64,000 nt of DNA. Source: Chrysomallon squamiferum (taxonomy: Eukaryota > Animalia > Mollusca). The position numbers were made by a program, and so were the translations under genes. Every line of letters begins with the position of its first letter. The first letter of the stretch is position 1. The stretch lies in NCBI GenBank assembly GCA_012295275.1, contig CM022677.1, positions 9,672,001 through 9,736,000 of the forward strand. The letters are read 5' to 3'. The notes beneath the pieces are model-generated. The model made no database searches. It was not told the DNA's origin and saw nothing but the letters and a program-made list of their open reading frames with translations. This document shows, piece after piece, positions 36,901 through 51,539 of this stretch.

Positions 36901-39900
36901 TAGTCAAGAACTTCAGATATAGAGTGTAAAGCAAGAGAAAATAAGCTGATGGTATATTTATAAAAAAATAACACTTAATAATTTATAAAATGAAACAGGA
37001 CTAAAAACTGTTATAGCTAGGGGTGCTCTTAGGGCAATATCTTAGAAAACATTATTGAAAACCAGAAAATAAAGTGTAACAGGGAAATAGTTTGCCAGTT
37101 GAGAGCCATCCTTCAAATGACAGTGACCCAACTGTTAACTGGGTCATAACAAATACATTTATTAACTGCAATGCAGTTTACTTATTAGTTTTTATGACAA
37201 CAACCTTCATGTTTGGTCCTAGTGTTCCAGACCTCTTGCATAAAACTTTGTTCTTTCTTTTTCAATCATAGCTGAGAGAAAATAAAAATACTGTCATAAC
37301 AACCTTTGTTCTGTCAAAACAGTCTTTGAAAATCATTTCTGTTCATTTAACATCTGCAGAAAATGTTATAAATATCTTTTTCATAATTTCAGTAATAATA
37401 ATAATAAAACTGAATATATTGAGAGTAAATATTTTGTTAAATTTAACCAAGAACCTTTACTGATTTGGAAGAATAAAGGTTGTTTTGACTACATTTTGTA
37501 AGTTTAAATAAGAAAATATATTTCCTATCTATTTCACTTTTAAAAGACTTACAACTCGGTATCTATTATTCAGAAATTCTGCCAGAGTTGATAAACTATC
37601 AAAAATTGAGATATATTAGAATAAAAAAATTCAAATAGTTCTGTACAGTACCTACTCATTGATAAGATGGTTTGCAGAATATGTAGGAACAAATAAAAAT
37701 AAAAACAGTAAGAATAATAATAATAGAATTTTTATTTTTTTTATTTTAGTTCAGTTTTTATTTCTATTGTCTATTCTATAACTTTGTCACTTTTTTTTTG
37801 TACATTTTTCTTTCTGTTCTTCTTTAGATACAAATTATTAATTTTTATTTTTATTTTTTTTTATATTTTTTTTAAGTAAACCAAATGATCTGGCTGAGTA
37901 TTCTATTAAACACTGAGCTAGTAAACAAGTTTTAAGAATAAATAATTTCCTTGTTAGGATGGTGATGCAGTGGTAACTTAGAAAGATGAAACATAATATT
38001 ATTGAAACTAATGATAATTTTGTGAAATTTGTTTTCACTCTCATACTGTACAGTTATTATCTACTTGGATACTGTGGATGGTAAAATATTTTATCATTGA
38101 GTCAACATTCACATGACTACTGCTGCCCCATGTCACACAGTCTTTTTCCATCAAGTAATTTTCCATTGTCTTTTTCAAGATAATTGTGAAGAAGAAATTT
38201 AAAATTGTTATGTTATCTCACATAAATCAATGACAACTTATAACATTTTTACACTAATGAATTTGCTAAGTTGTTTCAGCAGTTTCTGAATTTTACATTC
38301 ATTTTCAGAAGTGCACACACACACACACACACAATCATATATTTATATAGTTTTCTAAGAAAAAAAATGAACATAATATTTTGCTTTAAATCATCATCAT
38401 GGGCATGTGCATGTATGTATGTTGTGTTTTTAAAGCTTTTTTTAAATTGGTGACATAAATTATAAGAACATAACAAAAGTAATATACTGATGTAAATAAT
38501 TTTATATTTATTGAAACAGAGGGATTGTTCTCCTTTATTACAGCTTATTTTATTAAGAATTAAAAATGCAATTAAAACTATTGTTATTATTGTTTGTAAT
38601 TGGTTAATACATGAAAATAAGTAGAATCATGCAGTAAATAATAGATTTTGACACTTGTTGAAATAAAGTCATGACTTTGCATTATCATTAATTATCCAAT
38701 AAACAGTATAGAGAAAGGTGGATATTTGTAATTTCCCATAGCTGCCTTATAATTTACAGATACACTTATTTTAACTATTTTATACCAATAATTGCATATC
38801 AAGCCAAAGTTATGGGAAAAGTATGTGTCAGTGTTTACATAACTTTTTCTGTCTGCATGACTTTTTCTGTGATTGTATTCCAATTTATTCACAATTCATA
38901 ATAAAGCCATTTTATTTACAATTCAGAATAAAGCCATTCACAGTTACATACAAACAACACAACTGAATATTAATTATAATGCAGATAACAAGTTTATGTT
39001 ACTGCTTATATATTCATAGCTCTATAAATAAAAAGTTACTGTTTGAATAGTTTTTCTACTAGTCAGAGTGTTTATGAATGTTTTATGTATGTATGTTTAT
39101 ATATTTGTGTGTGTGTGTGTGTGTGTGTACTTTGAAGAGTAATATTTGAATAGTTACTTTTTGTCTACTACTCAGATATATGTATGTGTGCATGTGTGCT
39201 TGTATGTGTTTGTCTGTGTTTGTATTTATATATATTTGTATATCAAAATATATTATGTATAAAACCATTAATATTGTTGGTCATTGTAGTTTTCAGTTAC
39301 ATTCAAGACTGTTAATATTTGATGATGAAAATACTGCATTCTTTTTGATGAAATGGCAAAACCCTTCTGATAGTTAATAAAAACACCCAGCACAGCTTTT
39401 AACGTGTCTCTCCATAATCTTACTGTCATTTTGCTTGAAGTACAAATAGGCAGTAAGATGCTGGTAAGTTTAATATATTCATTAATGCTATTTTTACTAT
39501 ATTTCTGATCATCCAATATTTTAACAAAATTTTATGTTAAAATGTTAGTTCTAAAATCTGTTCTGAAATAGTGTTGAAATACTGAGGATATTAGTGTTTA
39601 AATAAGAGTAAAATAAAAGACTTTTTAAATACAGGTTTCATTTTTTATTTTTTATATTTATATACTTTTTCTAAATATATTTAATTATCATTATCAGTGA
39701 AAGACAGATGACTATAAAAATATAACCGTTCAAACGGTGTATGTGTGTATGCATTTGTAAAACAGTGAATGCATACATGCACAGATTTCTTTATGTATGT
39801 GTCTTGCTTGTTAACATTTAAGTTTAAAAAAAACTATTTATATTCACACAATATGAAATGACAAATTCTATTTATTTTAAAACACTTTAATGTAGTTCAT

Positions 39901-40584
39901 AATAACAAATAAAAATACTGAGCCTGACAGATATAGACATTGTGTATGTGCATGTGTGCATGTGGGATATACACATTACATGAAAGGACTAAAAGCGACT
40001 TAGAGCCCACTGCAGATAAAAATTAGGGCTATAAACCTGAGATCACAGGTAATCAAAGGTGCAGATACATAAAAGTGTTAGTTCAAATTATAGGTTTAGA
40101 CAACTCTTACAGTAATAATGATTTCTTACCATTGCTAAGAACCAAAACAGTATGAAGAATGTCAAAAAGATTGGAGAATTATAAAAAAAACATTAAAAGT
40201 TATTTCAGTGAACTATATACTTATGCCAAAAATGAACACTTAATGTTTGAGAAATAAACTCATTAAAACTATTAACTGTGAGTAAATATTGTTTCTAACA
40301 ACATATATATATATATATATATATGTCTGTATGTATGTATGTATGTGTGTATACACATATGTATGGTCTGTATATGTATAAGTATGTGTGTGTGTGTGTA
40401 GATGTATTCATGAGAAAACAAGAAAGTGTGTATATCATGACACCATGGATATATCCTATGGCATATCAGATTCCAGAGGTTTTAAATAGTTGTGTTTCTC
40501 ATTATCTGTAGGATAGACCATATACTGGGCTGAACTGTGAATTGACCTGATTATAGAGTGAGTATTAATGCGAATCACTGAAGG

Positions 40585-41140
40585 CTAATGGTGGCCTAAC
40601 CCAAAGATCAAGCATGTAGAGGAGCAGAGGAAGAGGTGGCTGCTGGTGTGCTTGCTTGTGATGAAAAAGAATGGAATGAGGCAAAACCTTGCAGGAACAT
40701 ACTTCAGAAAAGTGTACAAGTCAAAGAGATTCTGTGCAGATTTGGCTAGAAGACTTCTAGAAGAAAACATTGAAGTTTCTGTTGAATTCATTAAAGACCA
40801 CAGTTGCTTTGGGGAAAAAGAAGGACTAAATATAGCCACAGGAGAGGCCAGTTCAAAGTTGACAAACACATGGCATGTTTGTGCAATATCTGGTCACGTT
40901 TTATATAGAGAAAAAAGGAGCTATCATTATCAGCCAAAGAGATATTGCCTGTTCAGATATAAGCCACATTCAGATATAAGAGACATAGCACAGTGATCTT
41001 CTAGAGACATTCAGAGGTCAATGACATTGCTGATGTTGCTTTTAAAGAGGAGTATGCGTGAAACAAAACAGTGCATTCTTTTCTGCCTTCCCAATCTGTG
41101 CTGAAAGTTTCAGCAACCCATGTGAAGGGTACTGCAAGAA
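40585..41140 (+). mobile_element. Possible degenerate piggyBac-like transposase 3' remnant
   Basis: RKRW motif, then KRFCADLARRLL (F..xLAxxL helix), then a frameshifted Cys cluster (HC.CC..RG..RET..C..PIC..PC). No terminal repeats or TTAA ends identified. Confidence 0.3.
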
Positions 41141-41201
41141 GAACAACTGTAGCTCATCGGAGACATGGATTAGAATGCAACACTTACTATTAAATGTGGC
41201 T

Positions 41202-41547
41202 TCAGACACCACTGGTACTCCTGCCATTACCATCATTATTACCAGTACTACTATATCTATGAGTACCTCCGGAAAGGCTGCTATTACCATCACTACTACT
41301 AGCACTGTGTATTAATATCACTGGTACCAATATCATTACCATCACTACTTCCAGCATTACAATATCTATGAGTACCACCAGTAGGCTGCTATTACCATCA
41401 CTACTATCAGAAGTATCATCACCAATATGCAGATAAGGCTGACATGTATGACCACACCCATTAGATCTGCAGCTCTGACCCCCGAGGCATGACCCTGGTG
41501 TACACATTTCTATACACATTTCAAATGATCTTTCATGTGGTAAGGTG
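41202..41547 (-). pseudogene. WAP-like (six-Cys) domain exon followed by a Gly/Ser/Asn-rich repeat; partly frameshifted
   Basis: MCIEMCTPGSCLGGQSCRSNGCGHTCQP follows a tttttgttatcag acceptor. Two copies of SSDGNSSLxGGTHRY follow, the first broken by a frameshift. Confidence 0.6.
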
Positions 41548-42346
41548 CTGATAACAAAAAATTGGCCTATGTCATTGGAATGTTTCAAAATGCATTAACT
41601 AAAGAACATTTTGTACAGTTGACCTCCCCATAACCTCTCATAGTGTAACATCATTTTAAGCATACAGTGGTCTCTAAATAATAATAATAATAACTATTAC
41701 TGTTACTACTATGGTAACTATTACTACTACTGTTACTATATATATACATAAACAAATATAAGAAAAAACGGAATTACTTAAAATGATCCAGAAGGAACAT
41801 TAAAAAAATATGTTATTTTGAATAACATTTATTTCAAAACAAAACTGTTCATGATTTATTTTGTTATTATTTTTAATGTATGCATTATCTTTTGAGTGTA
41901 TAATTCAGTAGTATATAATAAACATTCATTTCTCTTTGCTGATTGGATGAGACTAATGATCTCAAACTGACCAGCATCAGAAATAAAATTAGGTTAGCCG
42001 GAAGTGCACACATGACCAATTTTAAGATAACCACAAATAGCAGAGATGTCAATGAACTTCATCATAAAAAGTAAAATTTGGAATAATCGTTTTCAGAGAT
42101 ATCATCCACTGTTTGTAAAATGAAAAGAAAAAAGAAAAAAAACAACTTTATAGTAAGTTCATTGACATCACTGTGCTTGCTGTGAGAAAACCGAAATAGT
42201 GGTGCAGAAAATGTACATGATCCCGTTCATCGAACGTTACCAACGATGGAAAAGAGAAAAAAAAGAGAAAAAAATGAAAGAAAAGAAAAAAGAGGATTGC
42301 AGATGAACCCTGTGAGTAGCAGACTACTGATTCATTTATTTATTTG

Positions 42347-42382
<36 letters not shown>

Positions 42383-42640
42383 TTAAATTAATAACATTTT
42401 TTTTTATTTATTTATTTGTTTCTTTGTTTATTATATTATTATTTTTGCATTATCGATGAATCAGTTTCATCATAGTAATGAGCTCATCTATATTAGTTCA
42501 CTTGTCAGGAAGTCGAAGCTGATTGGTCAGTGCTGAATATTATTATGACATTTAGCAACAAGGCAATTAGCAACTAGACAGTTAGCAACAGAGCAGTCAG
42601 CTGCAGTTGTGTTTATATAATTAAAAAAATAAAACAAAAC

Positions 42641-43268
42641 ATTAAAGTGGCTACCATGGTGCTGTCTGTGTATCACAGACATAAAAGGAAATTCAAAAAA
42701 ATGATTGAGGCTAAACAAGAGTTCCTCAGAGGCTTGTATAATTAAGAATTTAAAAAGATGGTAATTGATAAGCATCAGTAGTCAGTAGTTAGACTAATTA
42801 CAAATATAACACATTTCTACCATGTCCAAATGGTAATATGTCTTAACCTTACATTATATAACTGAACAAACAAATAATAAAATGTTAATCTAAAACCAAA
42901 AATAACAAATAAAACAATATTATGTTCATATAAAACTGTATGTAATTGTTTATAATTTGCAGTGGCCAAAGATATTATTTTAGAAGACTTGGAGGAAACT
43001 GTGATGAAACTGAATCTCATATCAGATGCGTACACTAGCGAGGTGGAGAAACTTCTACTACTCTGGGAATACTGTATCAGGGAATACCATCTGAATATTG
43101 CTGAATGCATCGACCATCCCAAGTTCAATCCTTTTAAAGAGTTAGATTTGTTTTGGCAAAGCAATGAAGATTTGCAAGCTGAGATATATGCACTTTGAAA
43201 GCTGCCTAAACGAGCTTCTGAGGAAGAACAAAGAGTTGTGTAGTATTCTCATGGATTTGCTGTATTAG
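42641..43268 (+). pseudogene. Orphan two-exon gene, broken copy 1
   Basis: Exon 2 from 42963 reads VAKDIILEDLEE...AEIYAL then a premature TGA. Exon 1 has lost its ATG, carries indels and has a GC in place of the donor GT. Paralogous to 54164-54678. Confidence 0.65.
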
Positions 43269-43484
43269 GAAGAAAACAACAAAATTTTGATCTGTCTGTC
43301 AGTCTGTTCCCTTAGGTTCTTCTACAACAGAATATAGAATTTCTCCATAAAATTATTAACTGTATTATAATTTTATAATATTGTCTGTTAAAATTGTTGT
43401 TGTTTTCCTAATTTTTGTGTTTGTTTTAACATATCACAGTTTTGGTATGGTTAGAACAGGAAATTATGTCAGAGAAAAATTAAA

Positions 43485-43538
43485 AGCATTGATCCAGTGA
43501 GCTTCCACATCAGTGAAATACTCTAACCACTGAGCCAG
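43485..43538 (-). mobile_element. tRNA-derived SINE head fragment
   Basis: Minus strand reads tggctcagtggttagagta (A box) ... ggatcaat (degenerate B box). A similar tactctaaccact motif occurs at about 5164. Confidence 0.4.
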
Positions 43539-43544
43539 TCTCTT

Positions 43545-43735
43545 TATTATTATAATTATCATCTACAAACCTTCTCACTATTATTATAATTATCATCTAC
43601 ATCTCTGCTCATTATTATTATAATTATCATCTACAACATATTCACTCTTATTATAATTATCATCTACAAACCTACTTACTATTATTATAATTATCATCAA
43701 CTACCTCTCATGTTTATTTTAATTATCTACAACAT
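43545..43735. repeat. Minisatellite, about 5-6 x 33-36 bp
   Basis: Core tattataattatcatcta is repeated. Confidence 0.85.
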
Positions 43736-45247
43736 GTTCATACATTTCATAAATAACTGGTTTTTGTAAACAACTTTGGCATTTTTCAGATTATATACTT
43801 TTGATTACACAAAAAAAAAAAAAAAAAAGGAATAAAAAAAAGAATAAAATAAAAATAAAAAATAAAAATAAAAATAATTTTATAATGTCTAAGTATTTGT
43901 CATTTTTCTGCAAGGCATATAAACACATCAGGTTTTAACCTTAACACTACAAATATTTTAAGAACTAAATCTTACATTAATCAGCAATGTAGTAACTGCA
44001 GTATTGAAAACACTGTGATACATCATGCTACTCAGTGATAAATAATAATGACAATTCTTACATACAATCTCAAAGAAAAGCAAATTCTTCAGTGTCAGCT
44101 GCACACTGGCTATAACTGAAATTCATTCACAGGTAAATCCACTGAGGATTTGTAATGCTACATAATAGACAATTATTTTTAAAAAAAAAAAAAAAAACCT
44201 ATATTCTGTCTCTTAAAATAAAATAGATGAAAATAACATTTCCTGAAACTTTGATTCAGGAGTGTGTATGTATTTGTGTAAGTCTGTATGCATATGTATC
44301 TTTGAGTGTTTATGTGTTTGTGTATGTCTGTATGTATGTTTATCTCTGTTTCAGTGTTTATGTTTATGTGTAAGTGTGTATGTATGTGTATCTATGTATG
44401 TTTGAGTGTGTATTTATTTGTGTAAGGCTGTATGTATGTTTATGTTTGAGTATTTATGTATTTGTGTAAATGTGTATGTATGTGTATCTGTGGGTTTGTC
44501 TTACAGGTTTTGAGTGTTGATGTATTTGTGTAAGTCTGTGACTCTCTGTGTGTCTATATTATGTTTGTATGTGTATCTGGGTGTTTATGTATTTGTGTAA
44601 GTCTATATATGTGTATCTCTGTGTTTGAGTGTGTATGTACTTGTGTAAGTCTGTTCGTATGTATCTCTGTATTTGAATGTGTATGTTTTTGAATTATGCA
44701 TGCATAAGTATGTATGTAAAGTGTTAATGTATACAGGTAAGAGTGTGAATGTATTTATGTATCTGTGTTTTTGTATTTTGTGTGTATAATGTGTATGTTG
44801 TATGTGTGAATTTGTTTATTTGGTAAAATTATCTAGTGATCATGATATGTTTATTTATTTATCATGAATTGTATTTTCTTAATAATTAGTTAAAAATTTA
44901 AAACAAACTCACATAAAAATAGATCAAATAAAAATACACTATATAGACACACACCATTCAAAAACACATAATCTCACCATAAACATACACAGACACATAC
45001 ACCAAACACAATACTCACACACAGACATACACACCAGACAAACACCATACAAAGACATACATTATACACTCACACACATTTGCACTCACAACTATACAAA
45101 CAAAATACCTCCATATTCACACACATGCATATAATATGTACCATAAAAACTCACACTTACACATCATAAAAACATAATTATGTAGAAACAAAATGACACA
45201 GTGCTATAAAGAGATAAGAGGTATATAAAAATATCACTTGTTTGTAG

Positions 45248-46106
45248 GTAAAAAGAAAACAGAGGCAGAGCACATGCCAGTGATAGAAGCAGAAAACAGC
45301 AGTAACACAGTCAGTGAAAACACAGTTCAGTCAGAAACTAGCTTAAATAAGAAGACAGCAGCAGCAAAAAGTGGTGATGAAACAACTACAGCAACAACAG
45401 CAGAGGTGAAGAAAACAGAATCTGTCAAGAACATTTCTGAAAATAAAAGACAAGACAAAGGTAAACCTATAACAAAAATAATAATCATAATAATAATAAT
45501 AATAGTAACAATAATAAAAAAATATATAAATAAAGAAAGAAATAAAGAAAGAAAAAAACAGAGAAGTAAAAATAAAGAAATAATTGAACAACTTAATTAC
45601 TCTCCTCCAAAATAGTTATTACTACTACTAATACTTTACTAATAATAGTTTTGTAATACTAGATTAGTAATAAAACTATAATATAGCTAGTACTGCTTTA
45701 GTATTACTAGTTCAGTAATAAAATATAATATTACTGTAATTCTAGTTCTATAATACTCACTACTGTTACTACTGTTGTAATTCTAGTTCTATAATATTGC
45801 TACTAATGTTACTACTGTTGTAATACTAGTTCTATAATATTGCTACTAATATTACTGCTGCTTATACTTGTCTTGTAAAACTACTAATGCTAATACCACA
45901 GTATACGACTCTTAATAAAACTGCCAATATAAAAGTTTAGTAATACTACACTACTTCTACCAATAGTTTAGTAATACAGCTAGTAGTTGTTCATTTATTA
46001 TTAACAGATAACTGTAAGAAATCACAGACACGGTTGTCAGAGACAACTGTGTGGCTAGAAAAAAAGATTTCTACAGAAAACAACAAACAAGTAAACAAAA
46101 TACAAG
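45248..46106 (+). CDS. Exons of an unidentified low-complexity (T/E/K/S-rich) protein
   Basis: Two symmetric phase-1 exons, 45248-45460 (213 nt) and 46008-46106 (99 nt), with AG/GTAA boundaries and open in the same frame. A possible terminal exon starts at about 46552. Confidence 0.5.
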
Positions 46107-48042
46107 GTAAGTTTATCAGTGATAAGTATATTTTTATTTATTTTTTCATTCTTTTCTGTTGTTTTTTTTAACTTGAAACTTGAACAAAATGAAACAAAAT
46201 TAATGACAAGTTACATGGTACAGAGCAGTGTGACACAAGTAGTTTGTATAAAGACATATCTTAATACTTTAATATAATATATTTTGTGGTAAACAGAAAG
46301 TACATATTTACTTCTTAATTTTAGAAACTAAACATACAAATGCATATTCAGCTCTACATTTTATTTGTATATGTGTTAATTGTTAATGTTTTATAATATT
46401 TAAAATTTGTTATTTTCACATTACATCAATTATTGTTAATTTCAGAGTGTTATTAAATTTTATTTTGAGCTGTTATTAATTTCAGACTGTTATTAATTTT
46501 AGTTTAGTTTTTTTAATTTTGAACTATGTGTTTGTTGTTAATTAATTTCAGACTTTATGTCTATCACTGTGGGTTTATATGACAAAGCTATTTACATATT
46601 TACACTGGGGAGATGGAGGATACTGGTGCAGTGTGGGAGATACAGGGAAAATGTAAACTAGGTTTGCTGTAACTTGTCTATGTATAGATTTTTTAGACTT
46701 ACTGTTTTTGTAAAAACAATAATATTGTCATTATGATGTTATGTTTTAATTTCATCATGCACAGAAAAGGTGAAAATAAAAAAATAATTAAGGTGACAGC
46801 TATTTTCATATAAAATGTATTTTGGTACTTTATTAAATTAGAATTTAAACTGTTTTCACTAAAACAGTAATATCTATTTCAAGATGTTGCATTTTGATTT
46901 TGTCATTTCAAATTCCATCTATTGAAAGAAAACAAAATGTCATTCACTTTTGTTCCGCCCCAGTATTATAATCTTATGATCTTTTATCAAAATACTTAAT
47001 TACAGTCTCAAATACAAAAATAACTGCATCATTACTATTTAGATAATAAATCAAAAATAAAAATAAAATAAAAATTACTGTTACTGTCCTTTGGCAGAAG
47101 TATGTTAATAAGTTCTTTGTGTATAAAATGAAATCATAAACTAGTATTTGATATAATATAATTCATTTCGATAGTCATAGACAGCTAGATAGATTGATTA
47201 TATATATCTTTTTATTTCTATTTCTGTCAGTCTATATGTTTGTCGATTTATACAATTCTCTCTCTATTACTATATCTATCTGGTTTTATTCTGACTATCT
47301 CTATCCAACAGTCATTCTATCTATGTAATCTATCTGTCTATCTATCTTTTGTCTCTGAATATAGCTGTCTAAATGCATTTGTCTATCTCTCTTCTATTTA
47401 CAATATATCTTGTTTAATTATCTCTGTGTGTGTGTGTGTGTGTGTAAACATATGTACCTACATAGGTATCTCCACATCTACTACAGAAAGTACTAATGGT
47501 AACATCTATCTCTCTGTATACATCTATCTGTCCATTACGTGTATACTAACTCCACACATTCACAGATGTGCCCAGTTTCTCAAAAGCATATGAATTATTT
47601 CTTTCCCACTCTCTAACAGACATATATATAGTCACACTATAAGTTAGTGTCGATATATATATCTATTTTTCTGTATTTCTGTCCATTATACACAAGCATA
47701 GACATATTTAATCATATTTCTCTGACACACAAACACATGTACCTGCACTTTCTTATGCATATAACATGTAATAAATATATATCTCTCTGTCTAAATATCT
47801 ATTGGTCTATGTACCTACTGATCTACTGAATGAGATGCTGACCTATCTACCTATTTACTTATGGTTTATCTATCAACCATATTAAATCTTCCTATCTGAC
47901 TGTCCATCTACAAAAACTTAGATATATGTCTATCCCCTCTGTCAAAAATGTATAATAAAGCTTTCTCACACATACATATACTAACTACTCCTTTCACATT
48001 AAATTCACAGCCACTCCTCAAAAACACACAAGCACATTCTCC

Positions 48043-48085
<43 letters not shown>

Positions 48086-51000
48086 CCCCATATATACTCA
48101 TTATATACAAAACAGAAGATATATACTCAAATTACACTATAAACCAACACTTAGTTCTACATTACCATAAATACATGTACCAACCTATCATTTTTTTTTT
48201 TTTTATCTATCTATTCACATTCTGATCCACCAATAACCATCTATCAACCATTTACTCAACTCCCTGCCTACCTGTGAACCTATGCCTACATAACTAAGTT
48301 ACAACCTGTCTTTCTGTCTGTCCATCACCAAACACACTCTGTCTATAAAACTTTATTTATTTTCTCTCTCACTGTCTGCTTCCCTGTGCCTGTCCAAATT
48401 AGTTATTATCTCTTGTATATCAGTTTATCTACTGCCTTCTATCATCTGCTTCTCCTCATTATTTGAATTTTACCACTTTTCTAACTATGATGTGATTACT
48501 ATTTATCAACCTTCTGACTCTATTTTTCGTGCAGTCTATATATTCTATGTAGCAATGCATCATTTATCTTTGCAGCTATCTGTTTGCCTGTCTATCTCTC
48601 TGTCTATCACAGAAACTTAAAACTGTCTTTCTATTATTCTCTATGTGAAGGTAGCTGCTGTAAATATCATTTACAGTTCATAGCTATCATTTCTTCTGTA
48701 GTAATTCATAATTTCTAATTTGGAATCCCATACTGAATTTGTCAGAGTCTACTGGACATTTTTTATTTATTTATGATTAAAGTTAAAAAAAAGCATGTAT
48801 ACCACTTAATTATCTATATACAATGAGCTTCTCTTTAAAGTAAATTTATTGAAATCACCTCTCATATTTTATTATCTGGTATATCATTACCTTCACCCTA
48901 TTTTCTCTAATACATTTATTTTAAAAGGTCACTTACCTGCAAACCCGTACATATTTCTTCCTATCTACCGGTTGTCTTGTTTACAGTAAAAGTAGATATA
49001 ACCTTTAAACCTCTTCTTTTCAACATCAATCTGCAGTGTAGATAATAAAACATCTCCTTAATTTCTGGTTTTCTCACGTCTTTTTTAATTGAAATATTTA
49101 AAAAAAAACATTATCCTCACTTCTTATGACGGTGCTTTTTATAAAGTTAAAATTGTAAGCTTTCCAAAAACTTTAAAAAAAATTAAAAAGTAAGACCAAT
49201 ATAGAATTTTTTTTTTTTTTTTTTTTTTGAATAGTAAATGTCACATTAATTATGGGTGTGAAGAATGTATATTTTACTTAATTTACTTTTTCGCTGTTGA
49301 TTATAAAATGTGGGTTTATTTGATAACCTTTTCATGCCTTTCTGTTGAAAATGAATCTTCTTCAGGCTTCTTTTAGCACCATACATTTTTTTAAATAAGT
49401 TTTCATTTTTTATTGTTGATAAAAAAAAAAGAAGCATAGATTGTTCAGTGTTAATTTTCATATCGCATATTTAAGAAAATAATAATAATAATAATAATAA
49501 TAAAAATTCTTATTTAGTGTAATTCCTGTTATTTAAGAAAATTAAAACTGATAATGATATAAACATTACAATTTCAGAGGTCGCTATTTCCATCCCTGAG
49601 AGTTCTGTATCGCTTTTTTAGTTTGATGTCATAAAGATTATTAATAAGTGAATATTTCTTATCAGCGAATTCATAATGATCTTTTATTGTTCAACAGTAC
49701 ACGCAGACTGAAATGTTTTTCTAGAAGACGCGAAGTGACGTGCGAGTCGGAAACGAGTCTCGATTACGACATTAATTTCACGTCATCCAAAATAAAAAAG
49801 ACATTTCGAAGGCGAAGACAAAAAAATATTTTCTTTTCATAATCTTTAATACTGTTAAATCTCGTTAAAATATTAATTTCTTATTTCTTGATATCATTAG
49901 GCATATGTAATTATCACTGTAAGATTGTCGTTTAAATAACAGAAAACTTAAACTACATTAACTTCTCGGCAATCCGCCTTTTCCTCTATCTCTAAAATAG
50001 TTAATAAAAAAAATCTCTCCAGCTACCATTAAGGCCGTTTATAAATACATTAGCTTACATTATCTTATTCTGACAACATTTTTTACAGATAACATGAGAC
50101 TGCAGAAAGGCAATTATTTTTTATTTACTTGCAGCTAAGCAAAAAATATGACGCGATATTTTTCGTCTTTTGCAATAATAATGCTGTGTATATATTAAAA
50201 ATAATAAAATACATAGTGTTCGAGCGAAGTGATGTTATATTTTATTATACTATAATAATAAACATTATAATCATCAAAGAAAGCGATGTTATTTTTCTAA
50301 ATATCAAGAAATACAGATTCATGTGCCTTTAATTACACTGGAAATATTTAATTATAAACAACATTAACGAGATATTTTAATAAGATGAATAATTTTCTGC
50401 TGATAACTTAAGACATTAAAATAAGCTCTCCAACTCCATGTCCAATACATTGAAAAATATTTATATTTCTTCTAGTGTCCTTTTATAGATTAACCGTTAT
50501 GTAATTCTAACTCTATTAACTACACTATAAATTATATCTTCCTGCTAGGTAATGCCTAGAAGATAAAATGACAAATATATTAACGTGGTATTTTATTGTA
50601 GTTCTCTACAAATTACATTACATTTACTGCTAGTAGCTGTTTTTATGAATGCATTGAGATTCAGATGTAATAATGAATATTTTGTTAAGAATACTATTAG
50701 TGATGATTTTTCCATGGCATAATGGAAAAAATACTTTTGCAGTTTACATGATAGTTTAGATATTTAGAATTTCATCCTTTTTTACTGTTACACAGATCTC
50801 ATACTACACTTTTACAATGAAAAGTGAAGCAGTAATATTAACCGAATATTTTGAAAAATCCTGTCGTTTCCAGACTAATGTTCTTTGTCTTATTAACATA
50901 ACTAGCTTACAGAAGTGGCTCCTAGAATAAAAGTGAAAAGATGCTTGATTACGTTGAAATAAATAAATTGTATTGATAATTATAGTTTATGCGGATAACT

Positions 51001-51539
51001 TTTATTTTATTAGCAACAACATAGAAAAAGAAATGAATTTAATCAGGAAGAACATGCCACAATTTAATGAAGATACTGGGCTTCTCCTAAAATATTCGTA
51101 TCGCCAATTATGAATATATTGTGTGATGTAGATAATAAAATATAATATTAATTTCAACATAAATAGTGCAGTCGGAATTAAAATTGCTTCTTATAAGAAA
51201 TTATAGTGTAAGTAGCAGTATTCTTAAATAAAAATGTTATTTTTGCAGTCCTAACGTATTCCTATAAAAAGTGTTTGTGTTATAAAATAAACAGGATATC
51301 TCAAGTGGAAAGTACGATCATCAAAAAAAAATAAAAAAAAAAAAATAAAAAATAAAGGACACGGTTTTGTCATTTATTCTCAAGTTATCAGAATAGTTGA
51401 TAGTTGAGTCTGTTAGCCCCTATTAACATCAGCACAGTGCATGCGACGAAGAATACGGTCTATATTTCTTAAAGTTCCGGTCTTCACCACGAGTTAATAT
51501 CATTTTATGAATAGTGATTCCTTTAATAATCATTTTAAT

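Larger units (their letters stand above)
41930..43570 (+). repeat. Segmental duplication copy A (direct repeat of 53478-55550)
   Basis: Colinear shared blocks, e.g. ccaattttxagataaccac, ttaccaacgat, tagcagactactgat, aacaaggcaattagcaactagaca, ggttagaacaggaaatta. Confidence 0.9.
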
